This document shows, in pieces, positions 23,818 to 38,400 of a DNA stretch of 64,000 nucleotides. The DNA is from Geosiphon pyriformis uo1. Taxonomy: Eukaryota > Fungi > Glomeromycota. The stretch lies in contig JAAOMT010000258.1 of the NCBI GenBank assembly GCA_016748015.1, positions 250,173-314,172 on the forward strand, written 5' to 3'. The position numbers and the translations under genes are program-made. The notes under the pieces are model-generated. The model was not told where the DNA came from, did not search any database, and was given only the letters and a program-made list of their open reading frames with translations. The stretch's first letter is position 1. Each line of letters begins with the position of its first letter.

Positions 23818-26800
23818 TTTGGTACTCTGTGTAAGATATAATTCTACAGAAAACCAGCACTAATACAACAACAATCCAAAAGTGGCAGAACCAGAAAAAA
23901 TAAAAACAAATCATTTAGAATTTGCTAAATCTTTGTTTCAACATTACTGCCAACATTTAGAATTAACCAACAATCACCTATTAGCAGAATTAGCCTTCAA
24001 TTTTTATGTTAATGAAAGAATCTTATATTTGTTAAAAGTACCAGTAAAAACTAACTCAGTCAGAGAAAATTTTTACAACAAATTAATTCAAAATACCAGC
24101 CTATTAGCAAATTATAATTTCAGAGCAATCTTCACTGAAATCAATAAAGAAATTAAACATTACACTCAACAAAGATATCCAATCACTTATGCAAACAAAG
24201 GCAAAGGAAAACTACAAACTCCAACAGTAATACTACAAAAAATACAACCATCTACTTAGAAGAAAACAAAAGTAAAATCTCCAACCAATCCATTATATCA
24301 CTATACATTCAGAAGTGTCATTAACATCTCATCAGCAGGTGTGTTCACATCAAATGCAATCTCAACATTTGGATGACTCCTATTTCAAAATAAACAAAAG
24401 AAAGCAGAATTATTAGAAACTTATGGCAATTATTTTAAAGGATTTAAATCACAATTACTGATGCCATCAGAATTTTAATTACTGCCACCTCCACCAGATT
24501 TTGAAACCACGAATCCTTGGAAAGTGACAAAATTTGAAGAAAAAAAAATAAGGATCAGGAATTTAATTACCAAAACCTGATCTTAGAAAATCTGAAATAT
24601 CAAATCCAAATATCCAAACTCCAGAAAATCAGAACAATCCAAACTTTGACATTAATAATTAACAACACTTACCTCTAGTAATTGTCATCAACTCACTACC
24701 AGTTGCCACATAACAACAGCTGCCACCACAACCTCAAATTCAGTTATCATTCTAACAATAACAACAACAACAACTAAACTTAAATCCAATAGCCTATGTA
24801 CTAATAGCAAAACTTGAAAAGTTTACAGGCAAAAAAGACAATGCCCAGGTGTGGCTAAACAATATTGAAAAAGCCATCACAGCCAACAGATAGAATAACA
24901 CCAGAGCCATGCAAGCCATTTCATATTTTCTTTAGAATACTGCCAACTTGTAGTATTAGAACTTGGTTAACAAACTCCAAGATTTCAATACATTTAAGCT
25001 TGCATTTCTGCAATATTTCAACAATAATAACAGCATCAACTGCTTAGCCAACATCTTCACTATTATTAAGCAAGGAGAAACTAAAGCAGTTACTACTTAC
25101 TTGAAACACTTTCACAAAAATCTGTGCCAAATTCAGACCATACAGGCTGATTATTTCACAGTTCCACAAATTTTAAACCAATTCATTAGAGGCCTGCACA
25201 GTAGTATTTTCTAACACATATGTCTATTGCATCTAGCAGATCTTTAAGCTGCCATTACAAATGCCAAAGATTTTGAAACAGTTAAACTTAAAGCCAATCA
25301 CACTCAAGCTGTTAACCTAGTAATAAATAGATTATCTGACTTGAATTCCAAGTTAAAGCAATTCAGCGACTTAATTAATCAGAAATTAGAGGGATACTTA
25401 GCTAACAACAATCAAGCCATTTATTAATTTCCACAACAATGCAAAATCCGGAAAACAGAAATTACTTCCAAAATCAGTCACATTTAGCATTATCCTCAAC
25501 CAATCAACAGTGGCAGCAGAAAACACATACATGCCACTATTGTGGTAAACAAGAACATCTGCAATTTGAATATTACAAATGATTAAGTGATCAACAATTA
25601 GATAATTAGTATCGAAACTCTGATTATCAACTCTAAACTCAGAATTATGTTAGTAATTAATCATTAGAACATTATTAACATCAACCATCTTATGCTTAAG
25701 TAACTCAATCAATATATTAAGCACTAATAACACAGCAATTATACTTACTCCCAATATATCAATCAGCAATGCCTGTAATATATCAACCACCACAGCCACA
25801 ACTAGTTTATTAATCTCAACAAATTCAAATACTGCCACAAAATTCAACTTCGATGTTACATAAAAACCAAAAACCAAAATCTATTTAACAAAACTGGAGA
25901 TTAGCAATAATTTTTCATTAACTAATCCCCAGTTTATCTACTCAATCATCAGGATCACACCAGTGGAGTTCAGAAACCAGATATACCCAAAACTTAAGTT
26001 CTCAAAACTATTTAAGTTTCTTGGTTACCACAGAAGACACCTTATCCAATAATGTGGAAACCAACTAAACACAATCACTCACCAATAACATACCTCCAAC
26101 CACTGTCATCAACAATAAATTATTAGTAGCAATCTTTCCATTCGAACTTGAGGAACTGTCATTCACACTCTTGTTTAGTAGAGCCACATTTGAAAAAAAA
26201 CTGATTATTACTATGTATACTAATGCTAAAGTTGATGACCATTCCATCAAACTCATATTAAATAGTAGGTCAGCAGACAGCATTATCACATAACAACTTA
26301 TGAACCAATTAGGTTACCAAGTTGATCACACTGCCAGCACTAGAATTATAACAGCTAATAGAGTGACCAAAACTCTAATTGGTAAGATTAATAACCTCTT
26401 CATAGAAGTCAATAACATTATCATACCAATTAAAATATTAGTCATGGAAGCCACTCAATACCAAGCACTTATTGGCAATGACTGGTTGTTCAAAACCAAT
26501 ACAACACTTAACTAGAACATATAAGAACTCCAACTTAGCCAGAATGGTCAACATACATGTATACCAGCCACATGTGACCACTTTAGACCTATTACCATGT
26601 CATCAGCACTCCTTATCAAGTTCAACAATAAAGAAGAAAAACTTACTTGAGAAGCATATCAAATTTCCTGGGCCAACAACGACTACAACAAGCTATTACC
26701 AATTCTAAACTAAAAAGAAAAAGACAAAGAAAAAGGGAAAAAAACATATTTGAAGAGACCAATGACAACATAGAAACTAACAATTAAAGAAGTTCATACT

Positions 26801-29800
26801 CTACAGATACCAGGCCAGAACCACCTTATATTCCTCTCAGATGCCAAGACTACAAGAAAAAACTGTCTTTTATGAAAGCTTAAATCATGCCAAATGAAGA
26901 TTACTGGATGCAAACCCATTACTACTGCAAACTATATCACCACAAATGCTACAGTTATCCTAAAAAACAGGACAAGTGGGACAATAAACCATGTTTTGCT
27001 TATGGTGAACAACTACTAAATGAAAGAATGTGGAACAACATTCCTGGATAAGGAGAAATATGCAATGCTTTATGTCAGTACACAATCTTCATAAGTAACT
27101 GGGTCAGTCATAGAACACCCATTATAGCAGTCTGGCACTAAGTGATTTCTTACTTAGACAGTTACCCACACAATAAAGATACAATCTGGCGAATGGCAAA
27201 TGCCAAAGTTAAAGGTGTTTTGCCCAGTGAAATCTTAGAAATCAAAAATAACTCACCTGAACCAGTCAATATTGTTTTAATTTCCAATTCAAATGCTTTT
27301 CTAAGCATTTAAGCAGACCTAGAAGAATTCTATGAACACTACTAGAATCTAGCACCCACCAAAAAAGAACAAAAGCAATGTTTGAAAGAAATAAACACCC
27401 AACTATATGACCACTGTTTGATCCTATGTGACTTTTAATATTGTAATGAGTGTGACCTTATTTACAATTCACTACCATGCATGATCTATACCATTCTGGA
27501 AAAAGAAGAACCAATCAGTAGCTGCACATCAGAATCAGAATTACAGTTCAATTTTAATTCAAACTCTAACAACAATGATGATGAAAATAACAGTTTCAGC
27601 TCAATACAAAATAACAATAAAAATAACAACAATCCAAACTCTGATTTAAATCCAAAACAATATATTGCACTTTCTGACCTTACCAAAGAGCAGGAACTTA
27701 AATAGTTCAGTGATAATAATGAAAACATTATGCCAAAATGTGCACATGATACTGATACAGAGTTTGATCTGAGATATCTGGGAAAAGATGCTATTAAGTT
27801 AGAACTACATTTGTATATTTGTATTAATTTCAAAGTAGTATTAGAAATTTTAGCAACAACAATGATTTAATTAGCATCTAAGAATAGTTTAGCAAAAAAG
27901 AAAATCAACATCAGAAAAAAAATAATTAATACAGGATATGTGGAAAATATTATTGTAATGCTACAAAATAACTCAGAAAAGACCTATATCATAGAGCCAA
28001 ATAAAAAGATAGTACAGACAATATTCTTACCTCTGGTTAAAATAGCTTAATTAGTATTAGTGAGAAATAGGAAAGAATTAGGGATTATAGCTAAAGGAAT
28101 ACAAGGATTCAAATCCATGGGTAAAATAAATATACCAGTTAATATGACAGAGAAAAAAGTTATTGACAAGAGAGAAATTATCTCCAACTGTCAATTAATT
28201 TCTATTTCACCATATAATCAGTACATGCTAGCTATAGAAAGAGGAGTAAAAAATCAAGCACAGATTTTTGAAGCAGAGACTACTATGTATAAATCAGGAA
28301 AAATTGGACTTATTAATCTTTACATACCAGCCAAAAGCCTGAAACATATAAAAATTTTTATCTATAACACAACAGAAGATGTTTTAAAGATACCAAAAGG
28401 AACTACCATCGGATATTTAAGCATTGAAGTTAAAAAACAATCACCAAACTCCATTTCAGACTTTCCACAACTGTGTAAATATGCAGATATCATATCACAA
28501 ACAATATATAAATGAAAAGAATGTTATTTGCTCTAACCAGAACAATTAAAACAGATGAACTTGGGAAATCTAAACCCACTACAATGTATATAGTTCAAGA
28601 TATTACTCAACAACTTCAATGACATCTTTGCCAGTAAAAATGAATTTGGTAGAACTGATATCATCCAATATTAGATAAAAACTAGAGATGTAATGCCAAT
28701 TAAGCAAAAAGCATACTGAGTACCACTAGCCAGCCATGAGATTATTTGTCAAGAAATCAATTGAATGCTAGACAACAGATTAATTCAATCATTAATAAGC
28801 CTATAATTGTCACTAGTGGTACTAGTCTATAAAAAAAATGAAAAAATCTGCTTTTGTGTGGATTAATAGAAACTTAATAAAGTAACTAAGAGAGATAGCT
28901 ACCCAACTCCAAAGATCCAAGAACTTTTTGATGCTTTTGGAGGAAAAAAATAATTCTCAACTTTAAACTTAGACAGTGGTTACTGGTAAGTAGCTATAAA
29001 AACAGAAAACAAGGAGAATATAGTTTTTACAATTCAAGACAAAAATTTCGAATTTGAGATTATGTTATTTGGTTTGATAAATGCTCCAGCCACTTTTCAG
29101 TGGCTTATAGAAATTGTCTATATTAAATTGCTATAAAAATTAGTAGTTGTGTATCTAAATAATATTAACATGTTCTTCAAAACATTTGATGATTATTTGT
29201 ATCATCTCTAACAAGTATTTGAAAGACTAAGAAGAGCAAAACTAAAATTAAATGCTAACAAATGCTTCTTTGACAAAACAGAATTAAAATTTTTGGGACA
29301 TGTCATAAGCAAAGACAGAATCAAAATGGATCCAGACAAAATTGAGATAGTTAAAAACTTTTTAGTATCTACTAATTTGACTGAATTATAAGCATTCTTG
29401 GAATTTGTAGGATATTACTGCTACTTTATTAAAGACTTTTTTAAAATAGTACAGCTATTATATTAGCTCTAAACAAAAAACACCAAATATAAATGGACAG
29501 AAATGCAGCAAAAAGCTTTTGATACATTAAGAAAAAAGCTTATTCAAGCTCTGGTATTAATCTATCCAGATCATAATAAGTCATTTATAATCACAATAGA
29601 TATATCAGGTCAAGCATTGGAAGTGGTACTATCTCAAAAAAGACTGAATAGACAAAAACACTCAGTAGTTTATGCCAGTAAAAGCTTAAATCTAGCTAAA
29701 AAGAACTATAGAACTCCAGCACTAGAACACTTAGCTATTTATTGGGCTGTTATCAAATAGAAAAAATACTTAAGTCAAAAGTTTGATGTGTATATTGATT

Positions 29801-32498
29801 ACAAAAAATTAACTTCAATCCAGAAGCAAAAATTTGGAAACAATCACTATGCTAGATGGAAAATAGAACTTTCACTATTTAATTATACAGTACATTACAA
29901 AAAAAGAAAAAAAATGGAAATGCTGATGGCTTATTACAAATAAGACAAATCTAAAAACATTTCAACCCAAAAATATAACAAAAGATGAATATACAAAAAT
30001 ATTAACAACTTCAACACTATATTAATACCCAGCAGTTCAAGAAAAAATTATTTCCAAAAGAACAAAGCCATATCAAACAACAATCTAAATACTTTATTAT
30101 TTACTAAGATATACTTTATTGAAAAAACAGAAAGAATCTAAGTCAACCAACTTGAGTAATCACAGAACCAGAAAAAGAAACAATATTATTCAACATATAC
30201 TCAGATCCAATAGCAGAACACTTTCACAAAAAGCAACCATAAAAAAAACCAGAAAAAGAAACAATATTATTCAACATATACTCAGATCTAACAGCAGGAC
30301 ACTTTCACAAAAAGCAACCATAAAAAGAACCAGAAAAAGATTCTATTGGTTATCAATATATTCAGATATCATCCAATATGTTCAAAATTGTAATGTTTGT
30401 CAAAGAAGAGGAAGAACAAAACCCAGTGAACCATTAAGACCAATTAAAGTGGAACAACTATTTGATCACATTGGAATCGACTTAATCAGACCATTAACAA
30501 TTATTAGCAGAGGCAACAGATATATTGCAGTAGCCATGAACTATTTCACTAAATGGCCAGAAGCAAAAGCCATTTAAAGAGCAGATGCAGAATCTGTTGC
30601 TAAATTCATTTATCAAGATTTGATCTGCTAATACGAATGTCCAAAAAAACTATTATTAGACCAAAGAACTCACTTTGTGAATAGAACATTGGCAGAATTA
30701 AGTCAAAGATTTAGAATAAAAAAACCATTATCATTATCATACTATCTACAAACAAATGGGTTAGTTAAAAAGTTTAACAAAATATTGTGTGAAGCAATTG
30801 CCAAGATCAACCAAGAAAACCAGAATAAATGAGATTTGTTTATACTATTAATATTATTTGCTTTACCAGACAATAAAACAAGACACTACACAAGCAACAC
30901 AATTTGAATTAGTATATAGTAGAACAGCAACATTATTAGTTAAGATAGAAATCAAAACATATTCAACAGAACCAATAACAAAAAAAATTTTCAAAAAACA
31001 TTGTTGAAAAGAACATATGACTTAATAGAAACATTAAAAAACAAATGGTAAAGAGCAGCTGATAATATTCAAAAGTTACAAGAAAAACAAAAAGAAAGAC
31101 ACAATAATTAATTACCAAAGAAACCAGTCAAATTCAAGATTGAAGACAAAATACTTTTACATCATATTAAAGCAAAAAAACAATGGAGTCAAAAATTTGA
31201 CCCCAAATAAGATAAATCATTTCACATAGAAAAAATTTTAGGAAATAGAGCTTATAAATTAAGATAAGACAACAAAATTTTAGCCAAAGCAGTACATGGT
31301 GATCAACTAAAACTATATCACCATATAGTATTATCATCCACCAGTAATATTTTACAATTAAAAGTACAAAGAAAATTAATCCAACCAGATAAAATTCCAT
31401 GAAATCTAGAACCAATTATTGTTATCAACACAAACATATTAAGTTGATTAACCAAAGAATATATAAAGACATAATAGATATGACAAAAAATATTAGAAAA
31501 ATAGAAATTACTAATAACATTCACTCACTAGCACAATAACTTTTTCAGCTAATCCAACAACAGAATATGGAAATTACTATCAACCAAATCATTTGATACA
31601 AAAATACTGAAAAGATACCCAAATACAAAATACAGAGAAAACCAGAAAACACTGTCAACAAAATAATTTTGAAAGTAAAATTGGCAATAGAAGAACCAAC
31701 AAGTATCACCACATATTAAAAATTGATCAAAGAAACTTAGAAGTAATAAATACAAGAATTTCCAAAAAACTTTTGTTATTTTTACTTGGGATGACATCTG
31801 AATATCCAAAACTTATATACAAATAAAACAAAACAATTATTCAACCCAGAAATATTATAACAACTTGAACAATTTGTGGGGAAGAACAATCTAATTACAT
31901 AAACATGAGTCATCTATAGATTATAAGTTGAATTTCAAGACTGATCAGAAATCTTACTTAATTCAGCAATAGACTCTATTACCATTAACCAAATGGGAAA
32001 AATAACCAATGCTTAATTTAAAGAATTACAAAATAAGATAACATAAGTAATTCTCAAAAAAGAAGTTCAAGAAATATTCAAAAACAAAGAATTAGAATTA
32101 GGAAATTTCAATGGAGCTCAATATTAAAAAAAGAAAATAATGTTACTTATAAAATATAGAAAGTATATTAGTATATAAATTAGCCAATCAGAAGTAGACA
32201 TAGTAAATATGAAATTCCAGGATTCCTTTCAAAGGAATTGCAGAATTTTAGGAATTTTAGAATTCTCATATAAGGAATTACAGGATTCCAGAATTCCAGA
32301 ATTCTTTTCAAAAGAATTACAGAATTCCAAAAATTTCAGTACTAAGACCTTTCAGTTTAGATTTGATTTAAGCAACCTTCTACATTACAAATATCAATAA
32401 ATAAATATTCACTATCTTAATTCATTCCCTATTATCAACTCTTCATGTTAATAGTAATTAATACTTACTTACACTAGAACAATAGCTCTTGATCACAG

Positions 32499-35400
32499 TA
32501 TTACAAATAATTATTTGGGGTTTCAAATCAAATAACAAATTCGTAACTTGGTGTTTGATTGATATTCTGCTGTTGATATCTGAAGGTTTGGTTGATCTGA
32601 AGATTTTGTTGTGGAGTTCTTTGTATAATAAACAAAGATTTAATAATTGTTTTTAGTAGTCTTCCAAAATCGCAATTCTATCGAATTTTTTTTTCAGTAT
32701 GATGGCTGGTAATCTTCTTGGTAAGCTATCTTCAAATTTATAAGTGTTTTACCCTTGTTTCACAAGTCTTTTACCAGTCCCTATGATGTTTGTATCTCAG
32801 TACTTAATCTTTTTAATCAATTAGTAATAACAACAAAGAAAGAAAAATAAAATAAAAGAAATAAGAAATAAGAAATAAGCCAAGACAATAATAGTTAGTA
32901 TCTTGTCAATAGTCATAATCAAGAGCTATTGTTCCAGTATAGTTAAGTATTAATTGCTATCAACATAAAGTGTTAATAGTAGAGAGTAGATTGTGATAGT
33001 AAATAATTATTTATTGATATTTGTGTATGGAAAGGTTGTTTAGATTAAATCTAAACTGAGAGGTTTCTAATCAAAGGATTCTGCCTTTTTTTTCCTTCTA
33101 ATCTTACTGCTATATATACATAATTGAAATTCCTCGATTCCTTAATTCTTTATACCAGGAATCCTAGAATTCTTAGAATTCTGCAATTTTTTTTGAGAGG
33201 AATCTTGAAATTCTGGAATCCTGCAATTTTTTGTATGAGAATCCTAAAATTCTTGGAATTCTGCAATTCCTCTAAGAAGAATTCTGGAATTCTACATTTA
33301 CTATGGTTATTTCTGATTGGCTAATTTATGCTAATTTATACTTTTTATATTCTATAAGTAACATTATTTCCTCTTTTTTAATATTGAGCTCTGTTGAGAT
33401 CTCCCATATCTCTTAACTCTAATTCTCTGTCTTTGAGTATTTCTTGAACTTCTTTTTCGAGAATTACTTGAGTTATTTTGTTTTGTAATTTTTCAAATTA
33501 GGTGTTGGTTATTTTTCCCATTTGGTTAACTGTAATGGAGTCCATTTCCGGATTAAGTAAAATTTCTAGTCTGTCTTGGAATTCAGCATGCAATCAATAG
33601 ATGGCTCTTGTTTGTGTTGTTAGATTGTTCTTTCCCATAAATTGTTCCAGTTGTTGCAGTATTGTTGTGTTGAATAATTGTTTTGTTTTATCTATATATA
33701 AGTTCTAAATATTCAAGTGTCATCCCAAGTGGAAATAACAAAAGTTTCTTGGAAATTTGTGTATCCACTATTTCCATGTCTTTTTGGTCAATTCTTAATA
33801 TGTGGTGACACTTGTTGGTTCTTTTATTGCTAATTTTATTTTCAGAACCATTTTGTCAATAGTGTTTTCTGTTTTTTTTTGATTTTTGTATTTGGGTATC
33901 TTTCTGGTATCTTGGTATTAAATAGTTTGTTGATTAATAGTAATTTCTATATTCTGTTGTTGAATCAGTTGGAAGATTTGTTGTGCTAATAAGTAAATAT
34001 TGTTAGTAATTTCCATTTTTTTGAAGTTTTTTGTCATGTCTACCATGTCTTTATATCCTCTTTTTATTGTTCAATTTTACATGTTTGGTCCAATGATTAT
34101 GATTGGTTCCAAATCTCATGGAATCTTATTTGGTTGAACTAATATTCTCTGTATTTCTAATTGTAGAATATTACTAGTGGATGGTAACACTATATGATAA
34201 TATAGTTTCAGTCAATTACTATGTGCTGTTTTAATTAAAATTTTGTTGTTCTATCTTAATTTATAAGCTCTATTTTCAAGAATTTTTTCTATGTGAAATG
34301 GTCTGTTCCATTTGGGGTCAAATTTTTTACTTTATTGTTTTTTCATTTTAGTATAATATAAAAGTACTTTGTTTTCAATCTTGAATTCAACTGGTTTATC
34401 TAGTAGTTGGTTATTGTGTCTTTTTTTTTGTTTTTCTTGTGACTTTTGGATGTTATCAGCTGCTTTTTGCTGTTTGTTTTCTAATGTCTCCATTAAGTTA
34501 TATGTTCTTTTCAACAATGTTCTTTGGAAATTTTTTTCTGTTATTGGTTCTGTTGGATATGTTTTGACTTCTATTTCAACTGGTAATGTTGCTGTTCTAC
34601 TATATACTAGTTCAAATGGTGTTGCTTGTGTAGTGTCTTGCTTCATTGTCCAATAAGCAAATAATACTGATGATATAAACAAATCTTATTCATTTTGGTT
34701 TTTTTGGCTGATCTTGGCTATTGCTTTACACAATGTTTTGTTAAATTTTTTGACTAATCCATTTGTTTGTGGATGGTATAGTGATGATAATGATCTTTTG
34801 ATTCCGAATCTTTGGCTTAATTCTGTTAATGTTCTATTTACAAAGTGAGTTTCTTGATCAGATAATAATTTTTTTGGACATCTATATTGACAGATCAAAT
34901 CTTGATGAACGAATTTGGCAACAGATTTTACATTTGCTCTTTGAATGGCTTTTGCTTCTGGCCATTTTGTGAGATAGTCCATGGCTATTGCAATATATCT
35001 GTTGCCTTTGCTGATGATTGTTAATGGTTTGACTAAGTCAATTCCAATACAGTCAAATAGTTGTCCTACTTTGATTGGTCTTAATAATTCACTAAGTTTT
35101 GTTCTTTCTATTCTCTAATAAGCATCACAATTTTGAACATATTGGATAATATCTGGATACATTGATGGCCAATAGTATCTTTTTTTGGTTCTTTCTATTG
35201 ATGCTTCTTTATGGAAATGCCTGCTGTTGAATCTGAGTACATGTTGAACAATATTGTTTCTTTCTCTAGTTCTGTGATTATTTTGGTTAGTTGATCTGAA
35301 TTTTTTCTATTTTTTTGGTAAAGTATATTTTAATAAAATATTTTAATTGTTGCTTTATGTTAGTTTGTTCCTTTTGAGATAATTTTTCTTTGAACAATTG

Positions 35401-38400
35401 GGTATTTATATAATGTTGGAGTTGTTGGTATTTTTGTATATTTATCTTTTATTATATTTTTGGGTTGAAATGTTTTAGATTTGTCTTATTTGTGACAAAC
35501 TGTCGGCATTTCTATTTTTTTTTCCCTTTTTATAATGTATTATATATTTGTATGGTGCAAGTTCTATTTTTCATTGTGTATGGCAATCATTTCCAAATTC
35601 CTGCTTTTGGATTGAAATCAATCCTTTATGGTCTGTATAAATGTCAAATTTCTGGCTTAAGTATTCCTTTTATTTCATTACTGCCCAATAGATAGCTAAG
35701 TGTTCTAGTGCTGGAGTTTCATAGTTCTTTTCTGCTGGGCTCAAACTTTGGCTGGCATATGCTACTGGATGTTTTCTTCCATCCGGTCCTCTCTATAATA
35801 GTATTGCTCCCAATACTTGATCTAATGCATTAGTAATGATGATAAATAGTTTGCTGTGGTTTGAATAAATTAATACTGGGGCTTGTATAAGTTTTCTTCT
35901 CAGTGTGTCAAAAGCTTTTTGCTGGATTTTTGTCCATTCATATTTCACATTTTTTGTTTGGAGTTGATGTAATGGCTGTGCCAGTTTAGAAAAATCTTTG
36001 ATAAAGCAGCAATAGTACTCTGTGAATCCTAAAAATGCTCTTAATTCTGTGAGATTATTTGGTACTGGAAAGTTTTTGACAACTTCAATCTTGTCTGGAT
36101 CTGTTTTGATGCCATCTTTGCTTATACATGTTCCAAAAACTTGAGTTCAGTTTTTCTGAAGAAGCACTTATTTGCATTCAATTTCAGTTCTGCTCATCTC
36201 AGTTTTTTGAATACTTGTTGAAGATGGTAAAGATAATCATCAAATGTTTTTGAAAACACATTGGTGTTATCCAAATATATGACTACTGACTTTCACAATA
36301 GTCTGGTATAAACAATTTCCATTAGCCATTAAAATGTGGCTGGTGTATTTATTAATCTAAATAGCATAACTTCAAATTCAAAATTTCCCTCTTTTGTGGT
36401 AAATGATATTTTCTCTTTGTCAACTGGATCTATGGCTACTTGCCAGTAACCACTATCTAAATCCAATGTTGAGAACCATTTATTTCCACCAAAAGCATCA
36501 AATAATTCCTGAATTCGCAGAGTTAAATAACTATCTCCACAAGTAACACCGTTGAGTTTTCTATAATCTACACAAAAGTAAATCTTCCCATTTTTCTTTC
36601 AGACTAGTACTACTGGTAATAACCATGGACTCATTAATGGCTGAATTAGCCCATTGTCAAGCATTTGATTGATTTCTTGATGAATAATCTCATAACTGGC
36701 TGGTGGTACTCTGTATGCTCTTTGTTTAATTGGCATTGTATCTTCAGTCTTAATCTAGTGCTGAATAATATTGGTGTAACTGAATTCAAAGATGTTATTG
36801 AAATTTCTGAGTAATATTTTTAGTTGCATCTGTTGGAGTGAATTCAGATTCCTCATGTTTATTTGTTCCAATTGTTTCAATTGAAGTAGATAACATTTAC
36901 TTTGTCCGTAAATGGTTTGTGATGTAATGTTCACATATTCACAAAGCTGTAGAAAGTCTGGAATGTAGTTTGGTGGTTGATCTTCAACTTCAGTAGTTAA
37001 ATATCCAATAATAGTTCCTTTTGGTATCTCAATAATATTTCTAGTTGTGTTGTAGATAAGAATTTTGATGTTTTTGGGGCTTTTAGTTGGTATGTAAAGA
37101 TTAATGAATCCAATTTCTCTTGATTTGCAAATGGTGGCTTCTGCTTTAAACAACTAAGCTTGATTCTTTATTTTTTTTTTTATGGCTAACATATACTGGT
37201 CATATGGTGGAATAGAAATTGATTGACAGGTAGAGATAATTTCTCCCTTGTCAATAATATCTTCCTCTGCCATATTGATTGGTATATCTATTCTACTCAT
37301 TAATCCAAATTTTTGTATCCTTTTAGCTGTAATTCCTAATTTTTCTCTGTTTTCCATTAATACTAATTAAGCTATTTTCACCAGAGACAGGAATATTGCC
37401 TGTGCTATTTTTTTATTTAGCTCTATGATATAGGCCTTTTTAGAATCATTTTGTAGCATTGCAATAATATTTCTTATATATCCTGCATCAATTATCTCTC
37501 CTTTAATGTTGATTCCCCTTTTTGCTAAGCTACTCCTAGATGCTAATTAAACCATTGTTGTTGCTGGAATTTCCAGTGCTATTTTGAGATCAATGCAAGT
37601 ACACAAATAGGGTTCCAATTTGATGACATCTTTTCTTGAATATCTCAGATCAAATCTTGTATCAGTATTATGCATACATTCTGGCATGATACCTTCATTA
37701 TTATTACTGAACTATCTAAGTTCTTGCTCTTTGGAAAGATCAGGAAGCATGATATATGTTTCAGGATTTGAATTGGAGTTTGAATCATTATTAATTTTGT
37801 TGCCATATTGAGCAGAGCTGGAACTGTTGTTTTCATCATCATTATTGTTGGAGTTTAAATCAGGATCGAAATCTGATTTCAATTCCAATACACAGCTGCT
37901 GATTGGTTCTTCCTTTTCTGGGATTATATAAATTATACATGTTGGTGGATTGTAAATAAGATCACACTTATTATATTATTAAAAGTCATATAGAATCAAA
38001 CAGTAGTCACATAATTAAGTATTGATTTCTTTCAAGCATTGCTTCTACTCTTCTTTTGTCAGTGCTAGCTCTTGGTAGTGTTTATAGAATTGTTCTGGGT
38101 CTAAGAGATTTATGACTGATTCTGGGTCCCAGTCAAGTTCTATGGGTTTTGGTGGGTTATTTTTGATCATCCTTATTTCTTCTGGTAATGCTCCTTCAAT
38201 TTTGGCAAGAGTCATTCACCAAATTTTGTCGTCATCATGTGGACAACCATCCAAGCATTTAACTGCTTATCTCCAGACAGCATCTATGGGCATTTTTTTT
38301 CTTACTTAGTCATTTATGAGAATTGTGTACTGACACAATTCATCGCATGTTCCTCCTTTCTCAAGAATGTTATTCCATATTCCTTTGTCAAGAAGAGTTT

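Noticed and set aside
27727-28122. dUTPase as a direct counter-defence to the C>T hypermutation
   Set aside because: dUTPase lowers dUTP pools but does not repair deaminated cytosine in DNA, so no mechanistic link is supported.
31190-31450. Chromodomain at the integrase C-terminus
   Set aside because: After the GPF-type motif there is only a short tail with no aromatic-cage chromodomain pattern.
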